A stretch of 64,000 bases of DNA from NCBI GenBank assembly GCA_001938485.1, contig MQRK01255084.1, positions 1 to 64,000 of the forward strand, given 5' to 3'. A program made the position numbers and the translations under genes. The notes below the pieces were generated by a model. That model saw only the letters and a program-made list of their open reading frames with translations. It was not told the origin of the DNA and searched no databases. Positions 1 to 12,399 of the stretch are shown here, piece after piece (the first letter of the stretch is position 1; the number at the start of each line of letters is the position of its first letter). This DNA is from Girardia tigrina. Lineage: Eukaryota.

Positions 1-1092
1 GAATTTATTTCAGTGGCGTCCGCATAATATTGGACTCATTGATTGATTATTTTGAATGATTTTCGATTTAATTGATTTTTTATATTTCTTTTCGTATTTT
101 TCTATTTTCGCTGCATATTCTTTCATGAATTCTATCGCATAATTTTTATCATAATTTTTACGAATTTTTTCAGCTCTGATCGATCGATTTTCATTCAGAT
201 TAACGTTTTTTGATCACATTATTACAATAAAATACAATTTTATTAATTTTCAATTATTTTCATTCGAAATCTTGATCGATTAGTGTTGATTATAATGTTT
301 TCGCATCCTGTTGATTTTTCTACGATTTTTCCGATTATTTTATGAATTTTTTGTCTTCGTTTTGGGAGATTTCATTGTTATTTCTTTATTTGGCGATGTT
401 CCAATTTATACTATTTTTGTATTTGTTTGCTATTTTCTCTCGTTTTTCGATGCGATTATGATCTTTTATTATCTGTTGGTATTTTACGAGTATTTTCATG
501 ATTTTTCCGACAATTTTATTTGTTTATTTCATTCAAATCCGTTAAATAATCGTTATTTATCGATTATTCATTTATTATTTTTACTTCGGTTTTGTTATTT
601 CTCTGCGAATTCCTAACGGATTTTCGTAATTTTTACTTTGTTTTGCTCGTAAAATTATTTGGGAATTTTTCATTAATTTTGCGGATTTTTATCTATTCAT
701 TTGCACGCGTTGTTCTGGTTTTATCGATTATTCGTCTATAATTATTTACTTTTCCGCTAATATTTACACTTTTTATCCAATTTATGTACATTTTAACACT
801 TTTTGTTACTGATTTGTTACAATTCTTATGTTTATTGTGTGATTCCTCTTGTTTTTCATGTTTTGCGATATTTTCGATTATTTTGTTTAAATCGATACTT
901 ACATTTTATATGTTTTTACTAAATTTTGATTCTAACGCAACATATATATATATTTATATATATATGACTTTCTTATTCTAACAATATTTTAATAATAGAA
1001 ATATTTTTGATGTATCCCTGTTTGGTTTGTGATCATTAATTGAATTCATAACACATAAAACATTTATTTCTATAACAATAACGAATCGCTTA

Positions 1093-1390
1093 AAAATATT
1101 TTATTGTAAAAATTCCCTTCAATAAAAATCTCAATAAATTTTATTTTTAAAAATTTCCAACTTTAAACTTATTAAGAAAATATTTATTGTATAAAATTCT
1201 TTTCAATAAAATCACAATACTTTTTATTTTTAAAACTTCCAACTTTAACTTATTTAGAAAATATTTTATTGTAAAAAAATCTTTTCAATAAAATCTCAAT
1301 ACTTTTTATTTTTTTTAAAGCTTAATTTGAAAATTACGTAGAAAATATTTTTAATTGTAAAAATTCTTCTCAAAAATTCTTATTTTATAT
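1093..1390. repeat. Degenerate tandem repeat, ~82-bp unit, ~3.5 copies
   Basis: AAAATATTTTATTGTAAAAATTC..TTCAATAAAATCTCAATA recurs near 1093, 1177, 1258 and 1342. Confidence 0.75.
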
Positions 1391-2426
1391 ACTTCAGATA
1401 TTTTTAATTTTCACATATTAAAATTTGTTTATATTTGTCGATTCATCACAGGCCCTGTCCCTAAAAAAAATAATATGAAAAGTTCCATAAAAAGGCCACT
1501 GCTGTATTTATGAATTTTTAGGATATGTTAATCAAAAACCAATAAAAATATATATTTTTTAAATAATTATTTTTTAAAAATATGTCCCTTCAAAGTATAA
1601 ATAATGTGTATTGAAAAAATAATATAAAATGGAAAATTTTAAAAGTGTCCCTAACAAAAAGTAGTACATTTCCATAAAAAATAGATGAAAAGTGCCCTTA
1701 TAAAAGACTGACTACTATAGTAATAAATTTATAACTTCTCTTAAAAGATGTGAGATCACTGATTATGTTTTTTATTTATATGATATGTAAAAGGAATGAT
1801 TATATCATATCTTATGTAAAATTGACAGCTCTTAAAAATTATTTGAGTGTCGTTTGGTAATTGAATAATGGATAAGGAAATCTTATTTACAATGCTTTAT
1901 ACGGCTCAATATTTTTTTGATACAAGTGAAGAATTTCAAAATCATTTATACATATGTACACTAATAAACAAAGTGCGACGACAAACTCAAAGGACTAAAG
2001 ATTAAAAAACGTTTTTCTTAGTCATTACGTGACTTAAATATAATTTTGAAATTTAAAAGATTATTTTTTTGGCTATCAGAATATATTTCTTTCCATAGAT
2101 TAATCCATCGTTATAAGATAAGCTTAGTGCATATTCTAATATGAAAGAATTATCAATCTTAAAACCCTTCTCGATGCAACCATCAACTTTTCATTTAAAA
2201 TAAATGTTTAGATTTTTAATTTAAATTTATAATGAGAAATAAAATTCTTTTAATCTTTGTTCATTTTTTTTTAAAAATCATATTATATCGTCATTAACTT
2301 CTCATTTAATCACCAATATTTTTGTTTATACCAAATATATTAAAATGCTAAAAAAACTAATTGTTATTTACCGTTAAACTTCAATTTCTAATTAAAATAA
2401 ATACAATAATAAATTTTATTACCATC

Positions 2427-2432
2427 CACGTG
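2427..2432 (+). promoter_or_regulatory. E-box CACGTG (candidate Myc/Max site) about 90 bp upstream of the GRWD1 ATG
   Basis: CCACGTGAC in otherwise very AT-rich DNA. Proximal E-boxes are an established feature of animal ribosome-biogenesis genes. Confidence 0.5.
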
Positions 2433-2518
2433 ACAAAAAACGATAAATTTCAATTAAAATATAACACAAATTTGTTTAAATAATATAAAATACAATTTAA
2501 CAATCACATTTCAAAAAA

Positions 2519-2612
2519 ATGAGTGACACACATGATATTAATAATAAGAGCGAAAACGAGGAAATGGACATGGATTACGGCAGCGATAGCGACAACAATG
2601 ATGGTGTAGCAA
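2519..2612 (+). CDS. GRWD1: GRWD1 exon 1
   Basis: ATG at 2519, acidic [18 protein letters not shown]. Phase-1 donor GTAATA at 2613; the 54-nt intron contains an in-frame TGA. An alternative phase-1 donor at 2604 is possible. Confidence 0.75.
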
Positions 2613-5600
2613 GTAATATTCCGAATACCTCCTACCGAATTTGATCATCGAAAAAAAAACGATTAGAAAAATCTGAAGTTTTTAATCCGAAAAAACACAA
2701 ACTCGACGATGAAATGGAATTGGAGATGGACGAATCCGCCTACGTGCTCTATCACACACTCAAGGTCGAACATTCGTGTTTGAGCTTTGATATCGTGTCG
2801 GATAATTGCGGCAGCGGAGAGAGTCGCGCCGAAACGTTCCCGTACACGACATACGCCGTTACCGGCAGCCAGGCGTCGGCCGGACACAGCAACATTCTGA
2901 CGGTGATGAAAATGAGCAATTTGAACCAGTTGAAGAAGGTGGATGAGAAAATGACTATTATTATTGATAATTGTTGATTTTAGAAGGAAAATGACGACGA
3001 CGAGAGTGAGGACGACGAAGAGGAAAGTGAAGAAGAATTTCTGGACGAGAAGACCGAGTTGACCTATGTGAATGTGCTCCATAACGGTGCTGTGAATCGC
3101 GTCCGAAGCACGAATATCAACGGGAATACGATGGTCGCCTCTTGGTCTGATATGGGACAGGTGGGATTGGATGTTTTAGTGTGAAGATGGGTATCACCGG
3201 TGTGAGAGCATAAATCAATGGGAACATTTTAACAAATGACCGCGATTTTGACATTCTTTTTAAAGATATCTTTGTATCATTAAGTATCTTTTTGACTGTT
3301 CCTTGATCCCCCCTCTTTAGTAGAGTAAGGTAATTAAAAAATATTACACATATATATATATATATATATAAGCCCAAAGTTTCATCTGCGTAACGCTCAA
3401 AGTTTGCTGTGATCAATTTTTTTCTTGCTTTTACATGGCTTAATTTTTTAATCAATGAATAATAACTCCGGCTACTATGAAGTTACAAGCCAAAATAAGC
3501 AACGTCGGTATCTAACACATACATATAAAATATTTATTTTAGAATAATGATAATTTTAAAATCAAAACAGAAACTTTCAAAGAACCAAAATTCAGCTCTT
3601 TCATCTAGTAAAAAGTAATTACATATATATTAATGCAATGTGAATATCATTTTGGCTTAACAGAAAAAAAGCGAAAATAATGACATTGGGGTAGTTGTAA
3701 TCTGTTTTGGTAGGGAGACAGTTAAGTTGTTAATTTTATGAAAATTAAATTGATTACCTCTTTACAAGAGACTTTTTGCATCGAGGAACATATAATTATT
3801 TTCCGAAATACATCGGAAAACATATATATATATATATATATAAGTGAAAATTTGATTCTTCTGTTCCAATAATATTCATTAAAAAGTACGCTTTTTTAAA
3901 ATTTTGGAAAAAGATCAAAATTTCTAAAGATAAAATAGAAAAGTTAAAATTGGACAATTGCAAGAATAAAATAACAAAAAAATCAAAGAAAAAAGTACTT
4001 TTTTTTAAAAAAGTGCAATAATAATTTTTATTAATAATAATTAAAAAATACGTCTTTTAATTTTTTTTATTTTTGTTTAGTGTTATACTTCAAAATAAAA
4101 ATTCTGTCCAAGATGCAAAAAGTCTCTTGTAAAGAGGTAATAATTTTGACCTTCTTCTTTGTCTTATAAGGATAATTTTATGAGAATTTTTTTCTAATAT
4201 TTTATGGTAATAATTTTTAAAATTCAGATAATTAAAAAATAGTGACAAATGACTTATATATAGAAAAACACCCCATTTGTAAATAAAATTTATTTTTCAG
4301 GACAATTAATTTCCATGTTATAACTGTAATCGTCAGGTCTCAAGAAAATTAACCAGTAATTAAAATTGATAAACATATAATAACAGGCTTGTTCAACGTT
4401 TTTGTACTAAAGATCAATTTTTTTTAGATCAAACTACTTATAGATCTACCCATTTAAAAACAATTTAGATGTTTGATCAATACAACTATATTTTATTCAA
4501 GATAATTATCTATTAAAACAAAAACAACATAACAAACAATTTGAAATACATAACTAGTAATTTATTATAAAAAAATTTATGAACCTTGCCTTCATTTTTG
4601 TAAGGTTCGTACAAAGCAGTCGTACACGCACCTCTACGATGTGAGTATTGTATTTATGATTCTCTTGTTCATTTATACATAATAGTTACGATATATTCAA
4701 AATTTAATAAAACCTTCATTTTGACCATGAACTCGAACAAGCTATTGAAAATCATCTAGTATCAAATTTTTGTCGAATCGCCGAGTGAAGTGAGACAGTT
4801 GTATACATGCTGCGCCATTGCAGATGCATTATAATATTAATTGTCTTTTATTTATCAACCAATCACATTGCCCACGGTTCGTTCCATATAAATATTAATA
4901 GATTTATTAGTATACTGTCTAACCACGATTTGACGGAGGCCGATAGATCTTGATGTAATTTGTTTCTTTAGTTCATTTTTCTTCATCATTTACATTTCTT
5001 TTCCTTAACAAAAATTAAACTATTTTCCTCCATTTTTATTTAATTAATATCGAATCACAGAAAAAATTTCGTTAATTTACTTTTAAAAATCAGAATGGAC
5101 ATTTTTACAGATCGACTGAAATTCGTGTTGAAATCGACTGAAATTCGTGTTGCAATCGACTGGTTGGGTAGGCCTTCTATAGAAGATCCACTAATTTTAA
5201 ATTACGTTTTAAGCATTCCATATTCTGAAGGATTTTGTCAATTTAAACGTTCAATTTTAATGTGTCTAAATAATGCATTTAATTTCAAAAAAATAAAATC
5301 CAAAATGTATTTTGTAATAAATATCCAACTGTATTTAGATTATGTTCGGATCTCGCATATAAATTTACATGTAGTGGGATGAAATTCTACATGCATTAGA
5401 TAGACATCCCGTGATCTCTGTAGCAGAGCACAAGAACATAGTCGTAATGTGCGTGAAGTACTATAGCAGAACACAGAAAGGGTTGCAATTCGATTACAAA
5501 TATAAACGTAAATAATTTTAAAATTCTGTTTACTCGTCCAAATAAATATTTGGAGAGTGGAGTTCGGAGAGCACTATATATCAGATGTTTAGTTCTTAAA

Positions 5601-8600
5601 TTTATTTTCCACGAGACCTGACGATGACAGTCGAAATTAATTAAAAATTTTTTTTAATGTTAATTAATTTATTTCTAAAAAAATATTATTTTATTTTCAA
5701 AATAAATTATCTAATACTAAAATATTTATCAAGTATAAACAGAAAAATAAAAAAAATAATTTAAAATTAAAATAAAAAAAAATTTAGTAATAAATTGAAA
5801 TAAATTATTAAATTAAAAGTGAATTAAATTATTAAAATAAATTATTATTTTATTAATTGTTAAATAAAAAAAATAAAAACAAGAAGAAGAATAAACAATT
5901 CTTAAGTCAATCAAAGTTTATTAATTTCGACGGTTTAACCGTCATCGTCAGAACAAATGATTTTTCAAACGAAATTTACTTATATATTAGGTTGAAGAAT
6001 AAGTTCCCGCCGTTTTTTGAATTTTTAATCAATTGGTTGGCTGAATTTTTCGAGTCAAGACCGGGCAATTTCTACCAAAGAGACATTGAAAAAAAACTCG
6101 TTGAACGTTGGGAAGAAGTCGTGAACAATGGCGGAGATTATATTTGTAATTAATTTTTAGTAACTTTTTTGTTAAAAAATAAAATTTTAATTTTTCAAAA
6201 AAACGATGGGAACTTATTCCTCAACCCAATAGTGCAGTTAATGTTTATGTAATCAATACGTCATCAGTACATCATTTAAAAACTCAACAAAGTTGTAGAG
6301 AATGCAGTTTGAATGTTAATTTTAGGATCCAAAGGCCTTATATATAACGCTTCACACGTCACTCTTTCCCGATAATTCTTAAATTGAGTGCACAGAATTT
6401 TAAAGTGTTGTGAATTTAAATCTCCTTTACAATGTCTTCTATGTCCTGCAATGTTACTCCCACTTTCATCGCGACTGTGTTCCTGGATTCTCTTACAGAG
6501 ATGATGTGAAGTCTCTCCAATGTATGTGGCGTTAAACCCATTACATGTAAATTGGTAAATGAGATCCAAACACAATCCCAATGGCGTTGGAGATTTATTG
6601 CCGAACATGCTTTCAATTTTCTGAGTGCGGGATATTACTTTTAAACTTATTGCATTATATAACGCTTTCAAAATAGAATTTTTATATATTTTAAACCCCT
6701 CTAAGCCAATTTCTAAACTTTTGTCATTAGTGTTGCAAGATTGCTCTTGATCTTGAACATCTAAAATTTTAGTATTATTTTTTTTGTCAATTAATTTATC
6801 AATATTTTCCTTTGTTAATTTCTCCACTATCGATTTTGAATATCGTTATCATATAATAATTTGTTTAATTTATTAAGGCTGTCATTACATCCTTTATATG
6901 TAGATGAAAGAGCCCGTGAGCGAAAAATAAGACCTTTAATCATATTTCGACGATATTTGGATTCACATGAAACTGATCGGTGTTGTATACAACCCCGTGT
7001 CAGTTTTCTTTCTGTAAATTTTCGTCTCATGACGTCCGTTTTTTCTCTCAATTAATAAATCAAGAAAGGACAATTGTTTATCTTCTTCTTTCTCCATAGT
7101 TAACTTTACATTTGAATGCAAAGAATTCATATAATTTAAAATAGAGAAATATCTGTTTCATTTTGAAAAATCAAAAAAAATATCATCAACATTGCGTTTA
7201 TACGCTAGAGGTTTCTGGCCGACAAAAGAATCGATTTTATCTTCAATACTCGAAAGAAATATTGAACCAAAAGTGGGGACTAATGGTGAACCCATAGCTA
7301 CTCCATCAACTTGTTTGCACCAGTCATTATTGACCAAAAAATGCACATCTGACGTGGCAAAACTGTAAATGATGTACTCATTACGCTTTGATTGCACAAT
7401 CATTAACTGCACTATATAAGTAATTTTCGTTTGAAAAATCATTTTATTCTGACGATGACGGTTAAACCGACGAAATTAATAAACCTTAATTGACTTAAGA
7501 ATTTTTTGTTTGATAATTTGCCAATTTTATTTCAATTTATTCACAAAGAAGAATGTTTTTAGAAGTATATTGAAATCATTATTAAATATTTATTAATAAT
7601 TAAATATAAAAATTAAAAAATGTTTAAAAATTAAATTAAAATAATTTATTAAAAATATTTAAAATTATTTAAATTCTAATAAATTCGAAACAACTTATGA
7701 GAAGATAATTGACAAATTCGATTATTTGATATAGCAATAGTTCAATTTTTCCTTTTGATTTATACTCTCAAACCCATAGAAACTCATAACATAGTACACC
7801 TTTTTATTTTTTTTGGATGTCGGTGATGGATTGTGTTATTGGGATAGGTGCACGTGTGGGACATGAGAAACCAATTGTGGGCAGTCAATGATGCGGCTTA
7901 TATGGCCGAATATCACGCGCGTGGAGATCTTATCAAACCGGTCTACTCGGTGCGCAATCACAAAACTGAAGGATTTGCAATTGATTGGTCACGATGCAAG
8001 CCGGGACAACTGGCGTCTGGAGACAATGACGGCGCGATTTGTATCACTCTGCCACACGTAATTCTCTCTTTTATTAAAGCGATAATTATTATTATTATCA
8101 AATATTATTATTGTAACGATAATTATAATTGTCTGTAATAACCCTGATATTGTCTGTGTATTTCCTTACCAAGTTGAACTTATCATTATCAATAAATTGC
8201 CCGATAGACAATTGTTAAACTCGTGGTTATAATTGCAGGAACATGGATTTCAGACGATAGCCAAGAGCCTGTCTCATCACCAATCGTCAGTTGAGGATTT
8301 ACAGTGGTCACCAAATCAAGAAAATATTGTCATTAGCTGCTCGAGTGACCGAAGTATCGTCGTATGGGATATCCGCGATATGAAGCACCACGTCGATGTG
8401 GCAGATGCACACTCCTCGGACATCAATGTCATTTCTTGGTCACCAAACTGTGCATTCTCTCTTGTATCAGGTGGCGATGACGGTCTTGTGAAGGTGTGGG
8501 ATATGCGTATGTTCCGCTCACAGGGCTCAGGTGCCCCTATGCAGCAGTCGTACACGCACCTCTACGATGTGAGTATTGTATTTATGATTCTCTTGTTCAT

Positions 8601-11283
8601 TTATACATAATAGTTACGATATATTCAAAATTTAATAAAAATAATTAAAAATAAAATGTAATACGCGTTGTAGTTGAATCAATGAAACAAAGCAATTCTT
8701 ATTTTCAAAGTTTCAAAGTCCTTCAGAAAAATTTATATCACAAATAAATGATCTATTGTGTATCCAAATAACTTGTTAGTGAAAGTTTTCATTAATACAT
8801 ACAGTTAATAGATTGCCGCCAGATCTTAGTTTGGAGGATGTGCGAGAATGTGGAAATCTGGATAATAAATTTCGGCCTTATGCAGGACACTTTTGGATTG
8901 GTGCGTTCTAAAACATTCGCAATGTTTTTCTACTCCTGTTTCTCTCTTGGAACTATAGAGTTTCAGAAATGAGTGATACTATGGGCTATTCGATTGGACT
9001 GTCTTGGTCTTTGATACTGGTTTTTAATGTGACAGTCGCCATTCTGATCAATCCAACTTGCTCTCTGTGCTCTCTGCCTTGTATGTACTTTTTGATGAGC
9101 TTCCTGCAACAGCACCAACATGTGCCGCAAATGTGGAAAATTCCTTGAAACACCTATGCACATAATCAACGGATGCGACTACTCCCTTCCTTTCGGCACC
9201 ATCAAACACGACAAAATCAAAAATGACCTAGCCAAATTCATCGCAAAAAGTTCGGCCACAACACCGTAAGTGTCGAACACAAACACACAATGCCAAACGG
9301 GAAACTTTTCTTCTTCGACATATTCGTAGACATTGGTCGCTCAGCCTGGATCATCGAGGTTAAAAGCCCTTGGGACGCAGAAGTACAATTCAACAAAGCC
9401 TGCGAAACTTACCTTGACGCCCAACTTGACCTAATCCAAAATCACTGAAAATCAGAAGTCGTGATTTTCCCCTTTGTTGTGGGTAGCCTTGGCCGTTGGC
9501 ACCCTCGCCGCCATTGGATGTAATGATGACGGCATCGCAGCATACGCCACCAGAGCAGCTATACGAAACATCGAGATGTGTGCGAAACACTACAACAAGC
9601 ACCTTATTTACATCTCGGATGAAGAGATCATAAGAGATGGCACTGCCTAACAACAAAGCAGTCACCAGCACCTAGTTGACTCTTCTTGCAGAGCTCAACT
9701 CTTTGCCGTCAAAGGTAGATTTTAAAACGCTGAAACATGGAGCCTTTTCTGACTTTGTCGGAAACGTGCTTGCATTTAGTTTAAATCTCACCTAAGAAGT
9801 GTGTTTAAATTAAATTAACTTAGCTCCCGCCTTTTAGTAAGGATGGATTATCAACTGGGACACTGAACTCCTGAGTTGAATATCCTGAGTCCACCAACAG
9901 ACACAAGTGCCTCAAGGGCAACCAACAAACTATTAACTCCATGAGTCACTTAGCGGAGTCTGAGTGGCAGTGTTGAATAGAAATAATTTTCCAAATTCTT
10001 GCTACAAATTTAGACATTCTTCATTAAATTTCTTTAGTTTTAGTGGTCTCTGCATTAAAAACACCAGTCATACCACATTTAAATTGAGCGATCCAATCGT
10101 ATATTGTCATATTAGAGGGACAAATTATGCATAAATACATGTAATTCCTTTATAGTTTCCCTGCTGTTTATCTTTTGTAGTACGATAAATTTGAGTATAC
10201 TATAATATTTATATGTGATTTATCTGCGAGAATAAAGAAGCGTACAACAAGTACACAAAAAATAATTTTTCACTGTCTCTGTAGTTTCTATTTTAACCAT
10301 AAAACATTCAAAAATGTATTTTCTTTCTTATATAAAGTACTTTATGGTCCAACAGCGTATTTGAAATTAGTATATCAAGTACAGTAGTCGCTCCTAAATT
10401 GACCATCACCAAGAATATATATTAGCGTTCAATTTAAAGAGTATAACCGTATACACAGTGTTCAATTACCCAAAGCAGTATCAGTGGTAACAAAATAACG
10501 TCGATGAAGGATGCAAAAAATCTTCGAACCCGATTGCGATGCATGTATCAGTGATCCTCGACGGTACCGCAGAGACGAACCCATATATATGATTCCAATG
10601 GTGCTTCTCGGCTTTGGGTTACGAAATACAACTGATGTGGGGACATTTCGGTGTCCCTTTACTCATTATACGAAATGTGTTTGCACAGCTCTACAGAATA
10701 ATAGTACGAGGGATCATGACTGGTCCTTGCATCTAAAGCCGTGTGAGAAAAAGTCAGTAGGCTCTGTATTGCTTATTTATGGTTTCTACCCGATACAGAC
10801 TCACTACTCTGTACGCCAATGCTGGTACTGTAGTCTCTACAATAATCAGTTATCCGTTCATCTATGATTACAAACAAAATTTTGGTTGACTTGCGTTTTT
10901 ATGATTTACACAATTACATTAATTAATATTATCATTATTAATTTATTAAAAAATATGTATTGATTTGATTATAATCAATTTCTGCCACTCAGTATCACAA
11001 GGACTGTCCAATTACATCGATAGAATGGTGTCCTCACTCACAATACGTTTTCGCGTGCAGTAGCGAGGATGACCAGTTGACCTTGTGGGACATTAGCATG
11101 GAACAGGACGGTTGCGAAGAAGGTAGCGGAGCACAGGACACAGATGAATACCCAGTGCATCTGTTATTCAATCACATGGGTCAGAAAGAAATCAAGGAAC
11201 TCCACTGGCATCCGCAGATTCCTGGACTGCTGATGAGCACTGCACTCGATGGAATCAATATTTTTAAAACGATCAGTGTGTGA
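2519..11283 (+). CDS. GRWD1: Glutamate-rich WD repeat protein 1 (ribosome biogenesis / histone chaperone); join(2519..2612,2667..2938,2984..3160,7848..8057,8239..8568,10993..11283), 457 aa
   Basis: The spliced frame is continuous with GT-AG introns and matching phases. It has a CAF1C/H4-binding N-domain ([28 protein letters not shown]), an acidic tract, WD40 repeats ([40 protein letters not shown]) and the typical C-terminus [36 protein letters not shown]. Confidence 0.95.
2667..2938 (+). CDS. GRWD1: GRWD1 exon 2
   Basis: AG at 2665-2666; [26 protein letters not shown]; donor GTGGAT at 2939. Confidence 0.92.
2984..3160 (+). CDS. GRWD1: GRWD1 exon 3
   Basis: TTTTAG acceptor; acidic tract [35 protein letters not shown]; donor GTGGGA at 3161. 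Confidence 0.92.
3757..4137. mobile_element. MITE with perfect terminal inverted repeats (TIRs), TA-flanked
   Basis: ATTACCTCTTTACAAGAGACTTTTTGCATC (3753-3782) is the exact reverse complement of 4112-4141. TA lies at 3755-3756 and 4138-4139. Confidence 0.8.
4615..4712 (+). repeat. Exact 98-bp duplicate of the GRWD1 exon 5/intron 5 junction (8543-8640)
   Basis: Base-for-base identity from AGCAGTCGTACACGCACC to AATTTAATAAAA. Confidence 0.95.
5095..5645 (+). mobile_element. Penelope-like retroelement 3' fragment (decayed GIY-YIG region)
   Basis: [10 protein letters not shown] motif and frameshifted homology to the 6276-6827 ORF; ends in a hammerhead-like motif at 5618-5641. Confidence 0.7.
5916..5954 (-). 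ncRNA. Minimal type I hammerhead ribozyme motif (Penelope-associated)
   Basis: Minus strand reads GUU CUGACGA U GACGG-UUAAA-CCGUC GAAA UUAA UA AAC: catalytic boxes, 5-bp stem II, palindromic AUUAAU helix III and 3-bp stem I. Confidence 0.8.
5987..6229 (+). mobile_element. Internally deleted mariner element (MITE-like) with TA TSD
   Basis: TIRs TTAGGTTGAAGAATAAGTTCCC / GGGAACTTATTCCTCAACCCAA. Carries a mariner C-terminus ([28 protein letters not shown]). The empty site is visible in the other pseudo-LTR copy. Confidence 0.9.
7446..7484 (+). ncRNA. Hammerhead motif, degenerate copy in the inverted pseudo-LTR
   Basis: CTGACGA T GACGG TTAAA CCGAC GAAA TTAA TA AAC; one stem II and one stem I mismatch. 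Confidence 0.65.
7848..8057 (+). CDS. GRWD1: GRWD1 exon 4
   Basis: [22 protein letters not shown]; AG at 7846-7847, GT at 8058. Confidence 0.93.
8239..8568 (+). CDS. GRWD1: GRWD1 exon 5
   Basis: TGCAG acceptor; two WD40 repeats ([14 protein letters not shown]; [13 protein letters not shown]); donor GTGAGT at 8569. Confidence 0.94.
9110..9985 (+). mobile_element. 3' fragment of a restriction-like-endonuclease (RLE) non-LTR retrotransposon (R2/R4/NeSL type), decayed
   Basis: CCHC knuckle [21 protein letters not shown], then after a frameshift [28 protein letters not shown]. The 3' end is approximate. Confidence 0.8.
10000..10230 (-). mobile_element. mariner transposase N-terminal fragment
   Basis: [20 protein letters not shown] resembles the mariner HTH consensus TVYRWF..FK.G.TS..D. 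Confidence 0.55.
10382..10867 (+). mobile_element. Possible pogo/Tigger remnant
   Basis: TA|CAGTAG.. terminus; DWSLHLK..VLLIYG..H is weakly DDE_1-like. Confidence 0.35.
10993..11283 (+). CDS. GRWD1: GRWD1 exon 6 (last)
   Basis: CTCAG acceptor; [26 protein letters not shown] then TGA; AATAAA at 11302-11307. Confidence 0.94.
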   Translation, partial: YHKDCPITSIEWCPHSQYVFACSSEDDQLTLWDISMEQDGCEEGSGAQDTDEYPVHLLFNHMGQKEIKELHWHPQIPGLLMSTALDGINIFKTISV

Positions 11284-11416
11284 TGAAATTTGTGTTGAAT
11301 CAATAAAATATTTATCCTAATTCAATTTCTTTGTTCATTAATATGAGAATTTTTCATGAAACATAATTTGATGTTCTCTAAAAATCTCACGTTTTCATAA
11401 TTTCTATGGTTTTAAT

Positions 11417-12080
11417 TAGGGGTGTGTCGGCTTTGATTTTTTGAAATCCGGCCGGAGCCGGAGCTGGATTTGTGATAACTTTTAGTAAGTAGCTACTTAT
11501 GGTAAATTAAAGAAAATTTTTAAGAATAGCTGGAAATTGTACCTATTACAAAAATGAATTGCAAATAATAAATAACAACTAATAATTATTTGAAACATTT
11601 TATTAAATTTTTTTATTAAGTCAATATTTTACTTCAAAAAAATAGTCTTGTAGCATTTCCTGTGATCACTGATTAGGTCACCTACCACACTAAATAATCG
11701 TCCAGGTGGTACATTAGTCGGAGGTGATCCCAGGTACACTCGAGCTACTTTAGCTAAACTAGGAAATCTCTATTATATTTCCACCATTTCAGTGTATCTT
11801 CTGTCCGTGAGACCACATGTTCAAACAGGTACTAGCATAATTCTGACTTGCAGATATGTGCTGTTTCTCGGTGGGTGTTTCTGGACGATCCCAAAGTATG
11901 GAGCTCTACCCGTGATTTCTTAGTGGGTGGTTCAAGAGACTCCGTTGATGTGGTGTTAGGTGAGCAAATCAACGTAGAACTTGTTGAATGAACATTCTCA
12001 ATAGTATTAAAGGACAGCAGTACACGGGAATTTACAGTCGTCATATTTGACAATATACAATATACGATTTTGAAATTCAC
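11417..12080 (-). mobile_element. hAT element 3' fragment (C-terminal dimerisation domain and terminus)
   Basis: DTLKWWK / FPSLAKVARVYLGSPPTNVP.GRLFS.VGDLISDHR across a frameshift; TAGGGGTGTG terminus with CCGGAG subterminal repeats. Confidence 0.75.
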
Positions 12081-12399
12081 TTGCTATTCTTTGAAATACA
12101 ATATTGTTTATTGAAAAAAAATTAATCGATGTACCTGAATTGTTTATTTCTTTATTAACGTTGACTAAATTTAAGAAATACAGTAGAATTTGCACATTAG
12201 CAAGTCAGAAAAAGTCAGAAAAAACTTGTTATTAGACGAACTTGCTATTAGACCAATTTACACTTTGAAATTCGCATTCTCAAAATACCGTTTCAGTTAA
12301 CCAATTTAATTGTTTAATAACGTTTAATAATAAAAAGGCTTTAAGAACTGGTGGAAATTAAATTCTCAAGTTCATGAACACAAAGTTAGCTCATCGCAT

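Larger units (their letters stand above)
5897..7503 (-). mobile_element. 5'-truncated Penelope-like element (RT thumb + GIY-YIG endonuclease) bracketed by inverted pseudo-LTRs
   Basis: RT motifs [12 protein letters not shown] and YKRNVDDIF (7158-7442); [13 protein letters not shown]; GIY-YIG IYQFTC..ATYIGET..KRIQEH..EALYI (6276-6827). A ~140-bp inverted repeat pairs 5897-5984 plus 6230-6277 with 7366-7503. Confidence 0.9.

Noticed and set aside
311-616. Hydrophobic 101-aa ORF
   Set aside because: A consequence of T-richness; no recognisable domain.
2663-3082. 139-aa minus ORF (and 8316-8555, 25090-25473)
   Set aside because: Antisense shadows of GRWD1 and GRB2 exons.
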